Below are positions 10,363-20,900 of a DNA stretch of 64,000 nt, piece by piece (within the stretch, counting starts at the first letter, position 1; each line of letters begins with the position of its first letter). Below the pieces are notes generated by a model. It searched no databases. It saw only the letters and a list, made by a program, of their open reading frames with translations, and was not told the origin of the DNA. The translations under genes were made by a program, and so were the position numbers. Source of the stretch: a virus; the IMG/VR virus record IMGVR_UViG_3300049846_002130, positions 32,001 through 96,000 of that record. One strand, given 5' to 3'.

Positions 10363-10992
10363 ATGGCTACATCTTCTGTAGAACTTAGTAGACAATTCAC
10401 TAGCTTTTCTGGGGTCGACTGTAGAGTAGTCATCGCCGGCGAAACCATTGCTTCTATTCAAGCTCTTTCTTACGCAGTTCAGCGCGAGAAGGGACCTGTT
10501 TATGTAATGGGCCACGTTGATCCTAGAAGCTTTAGTAGAGGTAAGCGTGGTATTGCTGGTACTATGATTACCCTTATGCTTGATAGACATCCTCTATATA
10601 CAGAGCCATTCGTTAGCATGCAGTTTCTTGCTGATAATGATGAGCTTATTGCTCGTAATGGTAATATTCAGGATGCAACAAATACTGTCGATCTAGAGAC
10701 AGTTGGTCCGACCAACTTCTTTGCTGGCGACATTAGTGATAACTACACAGTTACTAGTGCATGGTATTTTGATCAGTTGCCTCCAATGGACTTTGTTGTT
10801 GTTGCTGCTAATGAATATGGGCAGGCTGCAACAATGAGAATATATGGTGGTGAAATTCTTAATGAGGGCTCCGGCTTTAGTGTTGATGATATGGTTATCG
10901 AAAACCAAACAACCTACATAGCTTTAACCTTACTTCCTTGGCAGAAGCTTGGGGAATGGGATTTGGGGTCGGGACTATTTACTGCTGCTTAA
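10363..10992 (+). CDS. Major tail tube protein
   Basis: FTSFSGVD...IQALSYAVQREKGPVYVMG..PRSFSRGKRGIAGT is the tube pattern. Directly follows the sheath gene and is followed by a terminator. Confidence 0.85.
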   Translation: MATSSVELSRQFTSFSGVDCRVVIAGETIASIQALSYAVQREKGPVYVMGHVDPRSFSRGKRGIAGTMITLMLDRHPLYTEPFVSMQFLADNDELIARNGNIQDATNTVDLETVGPTNFFAGDISDNYTVTSAWYFDQLPPMDFVVVAANEYGQAATMRIYGGEILNEGSGFSVDDMVIENQTTYIALTLLPWQKLGEWDLGSGLFTAA

Positions 10993-11011
10993 GTCTCCGA
11001 GTAGCAGTTCT

Positions 11012-11050
11012 AAGGGAGGTGGACTTTTGTTTCCACCTCCCTTTATACTT
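11012..11050 (+). terminator. Intrinsic terminator after the tube gene
   Basis: AAGGGAGGTGGA / TCCACCTCCCTT form a perfect 12-bp stem with an 8-nt loop and a T-rich tail. Confidence 0.85.
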
Positions 11051-11066
11051 TATGGGTGAGAATTAA

Positions 11067-11939
11067 ATGGCACTTTTTTCAACTAGTCCACAACCAATAG
11101 GATCCTCAGCATACTATGGTAAGTACTCTTATAGTGGTGCTGATGTTCGTGCATATGGATACTTTCCAGGGCATGGTGAACTAATTTCCTGGTTAGATTC
11201 AATGCACACTATTAGTTATTCCATCCATGAATCAAAGGGAGATGCTAGATCTTTTGGATTTCGTGGGGTTAAGGGGTTTACTAGAGGGATCCGTTTAATA
11301 GCGGGTTCCTTAATAATGGTTGTCGTCCAAGACAACCCCTTTTCTCCCTTAATGAACCAACTTCAAGAGCTTGGTCGACCAACACCTGGGTGGAGCTTTG
11401 ATAGAGATATCAATGGGGTGGGTAGAGCTTTAAATGAACTGGACTTTACAAGACGGATAACAACCTCATTGCCACCTTTTAATATTTTGCTTCAACTTGC
11501 AGGAGAGGTTAATAACTGGCAAATCTTTAAAGAGGAGAAACCGTTTGCAACTGAAGAAGCTAATCAGCAATTTGGTTCTAACAATATTTCGACAAAGACA
11601 GTTGTTGATGGTGCAGCTGTATTGCTTACGGGTATTGATATTGTTGATGAAGGTACAGTAGTTTCTGTGAATGATGCTTATATGGAAGTTAGTTATACCT
11701 TTAAAGCTCTTGACTGCAAGCCTATTAGTTTGCAGCAATTTATTAATAATGGTATTAGAGAGCCATTGGCAGAACAGGATCCCGCTGCTCTTGCAGATAT
11801 TGAGTTAGCTGCAGAGTTGTGGAGACTGGAAAATCCAGGACGCGCTCCTGGTCCACTAGAGATACCTGATCCATTTGTCCGTACAAGTCCGATAGAGGCC
11901 ACCGCTATACTATACCCAGAACCTGAACCCAAAGAGTAA
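11067..11939 (+). CDS. Tail tube-fold paralog 2 (tube initiator/baseplate-proximal)
   Basis: YSYSGADV...HTISYSIHESKG..RSFGFRGVKGFTRGIRLIAGSL aligns by eye with the tube protein. Confidence 0.7.
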   Translation: MALFSTSPQPIGSSAYYGKYSYSGADVRAYGYFPGHGELISWLDSMHTISYSIHESKGDARSFGFRGVKGFTRGIRLIAGSLIMVVVQDNPFSPLMNQLQELGRPTPGWSFDRDINGVGRALNELDFTRRITTSLPPFNILLQLAGEVNNWQIFKEEKPFATEEANQQFGSNNISTKTVVDGAAVLLTGIDIVDEGTVVSVNDAYMEVSYTFKALDCKPISLQQFINNGIREPLAEQDPAALADIELAAELWRLENPGRAPGPLEIPDPFVRTSPIEATAILYPEPEPKE

Positions 11940-11943
11940 ATTA

Positions 11944-12669
11944 ATGCCAACTGACTATGGTTACGAATATTTTTGTGGCGCCAACATTCTTCTTGAAATT
12001 GAAAGTATGCCAATTTTAGAGTGTGCTGGACTAAGTTATAGCTTGAATGAAAGTAAACGTCCTTTATATGGTTATAGTAGTCGACATTTTGATGCTGTTT
12101 CTGCCGGACAGGTTCTTATTTCTGGAACTATATTAATCAACTATGTTAGTCACAATTATTTATTTCAAGCTATTAAAATGGGTCTTTCTAGAAATACTGC
12201 CCCAACCTCTCCTACACTATCTGCTCAATCTAATGAGTTAAGAGACTTTTTGAATAATCCAGATCAAACAGATGCTGCTCTTCAGGAGTTTTTACAAGAT
12301 CCCAATAATGCTAGTTTATTGCCACCTGCTCTTAAAGAAAAACATTATGATCTATTTAAGGTCCAACCACCAGAACAATTAATGTTGAATCCTCATGATA
12401 GTTATGGTGGCTTGGATATAAAGATTTCTTTTGGTAATAGAGCACCTGAAAATCTTTATAGTGGTTCCACTGGGTATACAATTAATGATGTTCACTTTAC
12501 TGGTAGGTGTATGCAGATAACTGTTAGCGAAGATGCTATAGTAGAGGAGTATCCATTCTTTGCTAGGAATATAAGTCAAAGAGCGGTGCCCTATAGGGCT
12601 TTATATACTCCGGTCTATACCGTTAGTGGTATCGAGACCCAGACAACAATCGTTAAAGGAGACCAATAA
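11944..12669 (+). CDS. Tail tube-fold paralog 3
   Basis: YFCGAN...GLSYSLNESKRPLYGYSSRHFDAVSAGQVLISGT aligns by eye with the tube protein. Confidence 0.7.
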   Translation: MPTDYGYEYFCGANILLEIESMPILECAGLSYSLNESKRPLYGYSSRHFDAVSAGQVLISGTILINYVSHNYLFQAIKMGLSRNTAPTSPTLSAQSNELRDFLNNPDQTDAALQEFLQDPNNASLLPPALKEKHYDLFKVQPPEQLMLNPHDSYGGLDIKISFGNRAPENLYSGSTGYTINDVHFTGRCMQITVSEDAIVEEYPFFARNISQRAVPYRALYTPVYTVSGIETQTTIVKGDQ

Positions 12670-13187
12670 TGCACAATCATGAAGAGGTACTTTTTTCATT
12701 AGATCAAGAGTTAGAAAAAGAACTAGAAACCTTAGACAAAGTAGTTGAAGAGCAAGCTCCCGCTCCTGCTCCCTCAATCGAGGACAGTATGAGAGATGAG
12801 ATCCTTAGACATTTACAGCAACATCCCAAGGCCCCATCTGAATCAGATATTAAAGGCTGGAAGGCCAAGTATGGAGAGTCTGGTATACAAGTAAGTGCTT
12901 TCGACTCAGAGAATGTGTTTGTTTACACCCACTTAACTTTAGCACAATGGGAAAAAATTGATGCGCTTCGTAAGAAGATGGCTACTACATCTGGAGCTGA
13001 ACAAGATGCTACTGAAAAGCGAGTTCGTGAAGCTGTGTTAAAGGGTTGTGTTCTTTGGCCTAAGTTAGATGAACAATTCTTTCAAACATGTCGAGCAGGG
13101 CTTCCTACAACTTTGTTTGATTTAGTTATGATTAATAGCTATTTCTTGACTCCACAACAGGCATTAACTTTAACTACAAAGTTATAA
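12669..13187 (+). CDS. Tail assembly chaperone
   Basis: 172 aa, acidic N-terminus, WKAKYG and GCVLWP segments. Lies between tube genes and the tape-measure slot. Confidence 0.6.
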   Translation: MHNHEEVLFSLDQELEKELETLDKVVEEQAPAPAPSIEDSMRDEILRHLQQHPKAPSESDIKGWKAKYGESGIQVSAFDSENVFVYTHLTLAQWEKIDALRKKMATTSGAEQDATEKRVREAVLKGCVLWPKLDEQFFQTCRAGLPTTLFDLVMINSYFLTPQQALTLTTKL

Positions 13188-13188
13188 G

Positions 13189-13869
13189 ATGGTTGAGATA
13201 TCTACTCTCTTAAAGCATGAGGATCTGTTCTTAACAGAGTTTCCTAATGGAACTAGTTTCTATTGGAGACTACTCTCTTTAAGAGAGTATTATCTTTTTA
13301 AAACTCTGCTTAATAGTGATCCCTATGCTTTTGATATTTATATGCAAATATTTAAGCAGGCGGTCCTATTAGAGGCTGAGTTAATCAACCCAAGGCTACC
13401 CCTGGGATATTTTGTTAGCGTTGCTAAAGCAATAATGTATCTATCTGGTGATGGTTCTCAGGAGACATTACAAGATGAAGTGGTGCTAGCTAAACAGCTC
13501 TACCCTAGTAATTCAATAGATGAGATTATGAAGGGAAGGATCTATACTGCTTTCCCTACCTATACTCCTAAAGATTTAATGAATATGAGTCGTTCACAAA
13601 TAATACGACTCTTTGCTCAGGCCGAGAATGTTCTAGCTACACGCATACAAGGTTTCCAGCCTGTAGATTTTTCTCAAGTAAAGTACAAGGATGATAATTC
13701 TTCTAGGACTTCTGAAACTCCTATCTCAATAGATTTTGATCAAGATGCGGCCCTACAAAGACAACAGCTTCATCCATGGGAGGCTTTTGAGGAGCCCAGT
13801 GAGAGTCCCGTTGGTATTAGTAGATCTGTGGCCCGAAAGCTGGATGCTAGAAGAAATCTTCAGTCATAA
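13189..13869 (+). CDS. Second tail assembly chaperone-like protein
   Basis: 226 aa directly before the tape-measure slot, so the function is positional inference. Confidence 0.5.
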   Translation: MVEISTLLKHEDLFLTEFPNGTSFYWRLLSLREYYLFKTLLNSDPYAFDIYMQIFKQAVLLEAELINPRLPLGYFVSVAKAIMYLSGDGSQETLQDEVVLAKQLYPSNSIDEIMKGRIYTAFPTYTPKDLMNMSRSQIIRLFAQAENVLATRIQGFQPVDFSQVKYKDDNSSRTSETPISIDFDQDAALQRQQLHPWEAFEEPSESPVGISRSVARKLDARRNLQS

Positions 13870-13885
13870 TAATATAGGAGGGTAA

Positions 13886-16800
13886 ATGTTCGAACCATAT
13901 GGCTCGATGGTTTGGAGTAATCAGCCTACTCAGCCCTCTGAAAATCGTCCTAATCGGTATCTAAATTTAGGCTTAGCATCTGTTGCTATGGGTGGTGCTT
14001 TTGCTTATGGCTTACACTCACGTCCTGACGATACTCGGCCGATAGATGCTCTTATTAGTGTAGCTAGGAATGTAGGCAATCTTACACCTTATCAGATTGG
14101 GAATACTTTTCGTGTTCCTGAGTTCTTAAGTCCCTTTGCTTCTCCTAAGTATCACAGACTTACTGCAAAGGGTGGGCAGTATACTCATACTTGGGATGCT
14201 GCTAGTCTATCTAATTCTAGTACCTATAGTTACCTTAAAGAATTAACTGGACTATCTGATAGCCAATTACATTCTTTTGGTATAGGTTCTAGATCATCTA
14301 AAGCTAATTTAGTATTCAAGAAAGATGCTACTGCTGTTCATGGACAGCTATATAGTGTCTTAAACGGTAAGGAGAGCCTGCTTCGTTCCAATGTTATGCT
14401 TATGCAGTATACTGGTGAGCGGAATGAAGTTCTAACATCACTAGGTAAGGCTCCTGAGTTTACTCCTGTTAATAAAGCGATCAAGTCTGTTTTTGCTGCT
14501 ATGGATATGTGGCGGTATAAGGACTTTAAAGAAGGCAATGTCTTGCTTTCTGGGAAGAACAGACCGTCGTTAATACCTGTGCCTGGTATTGAAGCCAGTT
14601 ATTCTGGCACAACATATCTTAGGTCTATTGGTGCTTTTCAAATGGAGAGGTTTAACCATCTACTGGGTAATATTGGTGGTGAACTATTTGGCTCTTCACT
14701 TGATAAAGTTTTTAAGCGGATACTGGGTACGGGAGTTGGAGTGGCTTCTGGGCCAGCTTCGAGTATGTTCTTTCGATTTGGTGGTAAGGCTGCTCTAGCT
14801 GGAGCAATAGGTATTGGAGCAGTAGCAGAGACAGATTGGATTAGGCGTAGGTTTGGAACTCCGGGACATATGATTGCAAGCACAGCAATTGCTGGTGGGC
14901 TTGGAGTGTTAGCTACTAGGGCTGGGTTTAAAGGTAAGACTGGGGCATTAATCGCTGGGGGAGCTTTTATTGGCCAAATGCTTTTACCTGGGTTTAATAA
15001 AGGTGTCGTGCCAGGACTTGCTACGTCGTATACTAATCTTCAGCTAGCAAGAGCCAGTAGCTTAAATCCCTTTAATTATTATCGTAGAACGGTAGAGGGT
15101 TTCTTACCCGGTATTAGTGGATTTGGTGTAGCAGCTGGTATTGGTATTGCTATGGCGACAGCTCCACATCTAAAGATTCCTGGTACAGGCAGACGAGTGC
15201 CTCAAATTCTTTTAGATCAACTTGGTCGCACTACTCTTGGGTTTAAACCAAAGACTCTCAGTGGTCTTTCTGTTGAAGTCCCCAAAACAGTACGTGATAT
15301 TTTTTGGGACAAAATGATGTCTCATGGTCTTCAAGAACTAAATGGTCCTAAGTTTGCAAAGATATATCAGCAGTATGCTGCTAATGGCCACTACTCTACC
15401 ATGAGTATGAGAAATAGGTTAATGAGAGAATTCTATACTCAACGACCAGTTGAAGAAACGAGTCGAGCTATGGAGCATCTCTTTGCTGCTGCAGAAACAG
15501 AGTATGACGAGTTAGCAAAAAGAAATCCGATTAATCACCATATGGTTGATGAGCTAACAGCTATTGCTACTAGATATTCTGGTAAAGGTGACTTTATATC
15601 TCGTGCCACAATGCAGGCAGAGGGTTTGGTTAGCCAGCTTAAGCATAGCTTTTTTGGAGCTGTACTTCACGAAGAAAGTACAGCTAAAGCCATGGCTTCC
15701 CTTGGGTTCAAATCTCCTCTTGGCTCTTTCGGATTATTGTTTGCAGCTGGAGCAACTGCCTTTGGTATAGCAAGTGGTGGTCTCTTGGGTTCAATGCGAA
15801 CAAAAGAAGAGCTTGAAGATATTTATTCTGGCAGACAACTTGTTGAAGTTAAGAAGGGTAGATTTTGGGAAGCGGGTGGTACCCCGTGGGAAGGTGGACT
15901 AACTTCTCAGTTAAGGCCTCATTGGTATCCAATAATGATGTCTCGGGCTCAACAAGCCGGAACATGGGGATCTGATGAAGACAATCTAGATCCTATTAGC
16001 AAGTGGGCTCTTTCTAATTTTACATATGAGCTAGAAAGAAGAAACTATTATGATCGACCCTATCCCATTAGTGGGGCAGCTTTTGCTAATGTTCCTATCA
16101 TTGGAGGACTATTAAGTTCTACGATTGGACGATTAATTAAGCCTCCAAAGATTATGCATGCTAATGAGTGGGCTCGTATGGGGGCTGGGGGTGCAGAGTA
16201 TGCTTCTTTGTATGAGGGTTGGAAGCGTGAACCATCATATGCAATGGGCGCATCTATGCCTGGTATACCTATAAGTCCATATAGTGCAGCACATGCTTTG
16301 AGTCAAGTTAACTATCAGGCTCAAGAGTTAGCAGGTTTGACTGGGTGGGTTGGCTCTCTAATTCAGGAGGGTTTAACCGGTAAACCATATTGGCATGGGG
16401 ACTCACCTGTCTTGGCAGATGCTTCGATACTCTCTAGTGCCAGAAGGACATTATGGGATGCACAGTTGGGCGGTATGGGTCCTTTAGGTGAAATAATTCG
16501 ACGGGTTCTTCCAAGCTATCCAAAAGATGTTGAGAGAACCAATCCCCTACTAAACACGATGCCCAGCTGGCTACCAGATCAATTTGCATATGGTGACCCA
16601 TATGCGCAGATCCCATATGGAGAGGCTGTTTTACCAGGACCTGGTTATGCAGCTTTACATCCAGAACTTAGAGGCGTAAGCCCAGAAGATTATCCCTTGT
16701 TACACAGATATAATATTCTGTCGCAGGTATCACCTTTAAGTAAAGAATTTAGAAGTACAAAAGATAAGGTCTATCGAGCACGAGCTGCTGGTTTATTAAC

Positions 16801-17905
16801 TTCTGAACAAGAAGCATATGTAGATAGATTGGATTATCTAACTAATAAGCGGTGGGCTGGATATGTTGATCAAGAGTTTGATCCAAATGCTATTCGTCTT
16901 CCTGGAAGTTCTTTTATTGCGGAGGGCAAGAGAGAAATCTTTAAGATGGCTAGGAAGGGTTTGGGGCCATTAGAATATCTAACACCATTCCGTCCACTAC
17001 AAAAACTTCTTGGCGATAGAGATCCAATTGAACAGTATGAATATGAAAGACTATATGGTAGCTCTGTTGCTTTCTGGGACAAACCATTTAGAGATTTCTT
17101 AAGACCAGCTATGTACTCCTTAGCTAACTATATGGGTTTTAGTGGTAAGCCCATATGGAGGCATGATGCTGATGCGACTAATGAACTATTTGATAAGGCA
17201 GAGTTTTACAAATGGATGTCTCTTGCAGAGCAGGCAGCAGCTCAAGGAGATACTCGAGATAAAATTCGATATGAGTATTTAGCAAGTAATACTCGTATGG
17301 GGGTAAACCCATACGGCAACCCATTAAGTATATACTGGTCTCTTCCTAATGAAGACCGAACTTATTTTAGTGCTTTTGCAACAGCAACTGGTAAGGACCG
17401 AGAACGTATTTTACAGATGGTTCCGGCAGACCAGGTACACCTTTATAAAGCTATGTGGTCTAGAGAAGATGCTGAAGATCCTAGTTTATGGACTGGGCTT
17501 AATACATCTCCCGACCAACAATACTTGTTTTCACAATACAATCAGTTAGATCGGAGTCAGTTGCCCGCCGATGATTGGATAGGCTATAACCAAGATGTCG
17601 ATATGCGGGACATCAAAGTTAGGTATGTTAATCAACAAGGTAAGGAGCTGCGTGACTTTGGTTTATGGGAGCAGGAACTTAAAAAAGCATATTCTCAACC
17701 ATACCTAGAAGGTTCTGAAACAGCAATTAGTTCTACGGAAATCAAAAGAGGCTGGTTAATGCATAGTATGAATAAGGTTTTTGATACTAGCGATATAAGC
17801 TTAATTAGTGGTAGTTCTCGCTATGGCACGATGGATTTAAATTATAATGATGATCGCCAAGTAGATATCGATAGGGCATTATTAGGGCAAATGAATGGCT
17901 ACTGA
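13886..17905 (+). CDS. Tape-measure-like/ejected virion protein with multiple hydrophobic helices
   Basis: 1339 aa with AGGAGG RBS, following the chaperones. Contains about seven Gly/Ala-rich hydrophobic stretches, e.g. LGSFGLLFAAGATAFGIASGGLLG. Confidence 0.6.
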   Translation: MFEPYGSMVWSNQPTQPSENRPNRYLNLGLASVAMGGAFAYGLHSRPDDTRPIDALISVARNVGNLTPYQIGNTFRVPEFLSPFASPKYHRLTAKGGQYTHTWDAASLSNSSTYSYLKELTGLSDSQLHSFGIGSRSSKANLVFKKDATAVHGQLYSVLNGKESLLRSNVMLMQYTGERNEVLTSLGKAPEFTPVNKAIKSVFAAMDMWRYKDFKEGNVLLSGKNRPSLIPVPGIEASYSGTTYLRSIGAFQMERFNHLLGNIGGELFGSSLDKVFKRILGTGVGVASGPASSMFFRFGGKAALAGAIGIGAVAETDWIRRRFGTPGHMIASTAIAGGLGVLATRAGFKGKTGALIAGGAFIGQMLLPGFNKGVVPGLATSYTNLQLARASSLNPFNYYRRTVEGFLPGISGFGVAAGIGIAMATAPHLKIPGTGRRVPQILLDQLGRTTLGFKPKTLSGLSVEVPKTVRDIFWDKMMSHGLQELNGPKFAKIYQQYAANGHYSTMSMRNRLMREFYTQRPVEETSRAMEHLFAAAETEYDELAKRNPINHHMVDELTAIATRYSGKGDFISRATMQAEGLVSQLKHSFFGAVLHEESTAKAMASLGFKSPLGSFGLLFAAGATAFGIASGGLLGSMRTKEELEDIYSGRQLVEVKKGRFWEAGGTPWEGGLTSQLRPHWYPIMMSRAQQAGTWGSDEDNLDPISKWALSNFTYELERRNYYDRPYPISGAAFANVPIIGGLLSSTIGRLIKPPKIMHANEWARMGAGGAEYASLYEGWKREPSYAMGASMPGIPISPYSAAHALSQVNYQAQELAGLTGWVGSLIQEGLTGKPYWHGDSPVLADASILSSARRTLWDAQLGGMGPLGEIIRRVLPSYPKDVERTNPLLNTMPSWLPDQFAYGDPYAQIPYGEAVLPGPGYAALHPELRGVSPEDYPLLHRYNILSQVSPLSKEFRSTKDKVYRARAAGLLTSEQEAYVDRLDYLTNKRWAGYVDQEFDPNAIRLPGSSFIAEGKREIFKMARKGLGPLEYLTPFRPLQKLLGDRDPIEQYEYERLYGSSVAFWDKPFRDFLRPAMYSLANYMGFSGKPIWRHDADATNELFDKAEFYKWMSLAEQAAAQGDTRDKIRYEYLASNTRMGVNPYGNPLSIYWSLPNEDRTYFSAFATATGKDRERILQMVPADQVHLYKAMWSREDAEDPSLWTGLNTSPDQQYLFSQYNQLDRSQLPADDWIGYNQDVDMRDIKVRYVNQQGKELRDFGLWEQELKKAYSQPYLEGSETAISSTEIKRGWLMHSMNKVFDTSDISLISGSSRYGTMDLNYNDDRQVDIDRALLGQMNGY

Positions 17906-20900
17906 ATCTTTAGAGAACCAGGGTAATCCATACGGAAATATTATTAAAACAGCTATTGGTTTAGCTCCCTTAGCTGTAGGAGGCTATATTGCTTTCAATA
18001 AAATTAAAGGTAATACAGCTCTAAACCCAGCTATACCTTTGGGGGTTGGAGGTTCCGGTAATCTTATTTCGGTTGCATCTGAACTTGGTAAAGAAATTAA
18101 AGTTAATGTTGGGAAATCTAGAGCTGCAGATCTATCTCGTATAGATAAAGTTTCTAAAGAAATAATGAAAGCTGATGGACTAAAAAAGTTGTTCTCCACA
18201 GTAGAAGAACAGCGAGTTCTTGTCCAAAGTCTACTAGATACACTTTCAGATCCCACTAGTGGTGTAAGCCAAGATGTGCTTCTCTCTTACAGAGAGAAGC
18301 TTTTAAACTTAGCTACCAATGCACCAGATTCTGACGATATGAGGGAGTCCATAAAGGCTGTTGTTAAGGCTATTGATACCCAAGGGACTGATAATGCTAA
18401 GGTTCGGTTAGCTAAGAATCTTAGAGAATATAAGAAATTAGGACCAAGCTTAGTCCCACCGGGACAGGCATTAACTCCTGAGCGAGGCTATATTGATCTT
18501 AACTTTTCTGGTCTTAAAGGTCATGTGTCTGATTCGAATACATACAAAGCTATTAAGAGAAGATATAAGGCATTAGAGAATGCCTTAGGTGGTGGAGGTA
18601 GGCAACGTATTCAACTAGTTGGTAAAGAGTTTGATGGAGCCTTTTCTGTATACGCTCGTGTTTCAACAGGTAGTAGGTTTACTGCAACAGTACCCCTTCA
18701 TGTTGGTACTAGTACTTCAGGGGTTAGAGGGTTGTTCTTAAATGAAGGTATGACCACTGGCTATGCAGCACCTAGACAGTTTTTAAGCGCACAAAAACTT
18801 CATAGTCTCGGACCTGGGTTAAAGGCCGGTGCCGGGACTGCTGAAGTTGCTATGGAAGATGTGTTCTTAAATGAATTCGTTTCTCGCTTAAAAAATGTTA
18901 ATGGCAGGACTATGCTTGAAAATACAAATGCATATGGGGCTTGGCAGCGACAGTTTTTAACTGTTATGCCAAGAGGGGCATATTCTGCTGATCGTTCAGG
19001 CCATTTACTAGGTACCATAGCTCAGGCTCAAAATTATGCAACTGTTGTTGGTTGGCAAGGTCTTGGTAAAGAAGCTCAATATGACATTATGACTAGATTA
19101 GGTGCTGCTGCTGGTTATGAGGCCAATGCACCTGGCTACCAGATGATTGTTCGGGGTATTGATGATGAAACTATTGGCCGAATGGGTATGGCTAGTGGGA
19201 GCGCATTGCATTCTTTAATGCCATCTCAGTCAGCTGATAGATTTTACTTTCCAGTAGAATCTCGTATTGAGCAGATGATTGGTCGGACAGCACAGTTTGT
19301 AGACGATAAGCCTATGAGAATGGGAAGAGGAGGAGTTTTTTCTGCTGGAGCTATGCATGCTGGTGGATTAAGTGCCACCAATATGGTCGGTCAAAATATC
19401 GAATGGGCGAATAATTTGACAGGAGCAACTAATAAGGCTGTCGTTATGGTCTTTAACAAAGACAATCCAATCTATAAAACTATGGAGGGTAGTGGTGCTG
19501 CACTCTATGCTGGTAGAGATAAAGTTGTAGACTTTATCTCTAAACCAGTCCTAGACCCCACGGCGACAAAACAAATGAGTAGCAAACTATTTCAGCATCT
19601 AACTACTACTTATAAGCCAGGTGAAGAGTTTACTATCTCTAGGGAAATGCTAAAGGAGCATGGAGCCTTTCTTGGATTTAGTGGTAATGGCCCCCAGCAT
19701 CTACGGCTAGATCCCCGAACCGATAGTATGCAGGCTATCTATAATGTCACTGAAACAAATGGTAAAAGAAATATTAACTTTATGATTAAGCATCAGCGAG
19801 ATATGGAGACATGGAAAGCATTTTCTCTTTCCCATAAAGGTATGTTACAGCAGATTGGAGGGCGGCGATTTATTCAGCACCTTGAAGATCTTGGTTTGTC
19901 AAAAGCCCGTCGTCAGTCTCTTGGTATACCAACAAGACATACTGTTATAGCTACACCAGATATGCTCAAGAAGGGAGCTGGATTATTAGACCTTCAAATG
20001 TCTGGTGCTTATGCTATGGTAACTGGTGATACTAATTATTTGTCTAGTATTCGTAAAGCTGGTATGGCCTTTGGTCAAGGTCTAGACGATTCTCGATTAG
20101 CTAGAACATTTGGTGGAGTAACAAGTCTACTCTCTAAGCAATTTCAAGCAGGAAAAGTTTCTGCTGAAGATATTGGTTTGGTGCTTTCTGGGGCTTGGTT
20201 TATGGGGGACAAGCATAAACGTTTTGGACTGACTCAAGATCTTCAGAAAGGTTTGATAGAGAAGCATTTTGGTAATGATTCTGGACAGGTGCTAGCTGCG
20301 ATACAGAAAGGTGTTGGTCTGTCACCAACTTCTATGGTACAGGGCATGGGGCCTGGAGACTATGGATTGGGAAGAGGTTCAATAGAGCCAAGATTTCTTC
20401 AAATGCTTCAGCAACAGTTACAGAATATGGGTATGACATCTGTACAGTCAGCTAAAGTATTAGCTGATATATATGGTCGAAAGCTTGGCGGAGCCAATGC
20501 TATAAAAGCTTCACAGGGAATGATGAAGTTCTTAGAGAGTGTTGGTGGACATCAAGGCCTAGCAACTGGTATCGAGCAACTTGTTAAAGGTGTTCCTGAA
20601 TATACACTTGCCGATCTAGGAAAAATAACCTCACAGGATTTTGCTAACTTCTTATCTGAACATAAGAATGGCTTTACTCTTAATCTAACTTCTGGTGTTG
20701 ATAGTGTCGCAAAGTCTGCAATTGCGGCAGCTGCTACCGATGTACTTGGACAGGGAAATGTTTATTTTCCTGGCTTGGAAATGACCGAAGCAATGAGAGA
20801 TGTCTTTATCAAAAATTCTGGTGAGATGGATACTGTTGTTCATGGCGAGTGGATGCGGAACTCAGAGAATTTCTTAAAGTCTATTCATGGTATTAGTACC

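Noticed and set aside
13171-13191. Programmed frameshift between the two tail chaperone genes
   Set aside because: The second ORF is in the +1 frame, no XXXYYYZ slippery site is present, and its frame has a TAA at 13171-13173.
17890-17905. Frameshift fusing the 1339-aa and 1668-aa proteins into one tape-measure-RNAP
   Set aside because: An in-frame TGA at 17892-17894 sits directly before the ATG, leaving only 8 nt for a shift and no slippery sequence.
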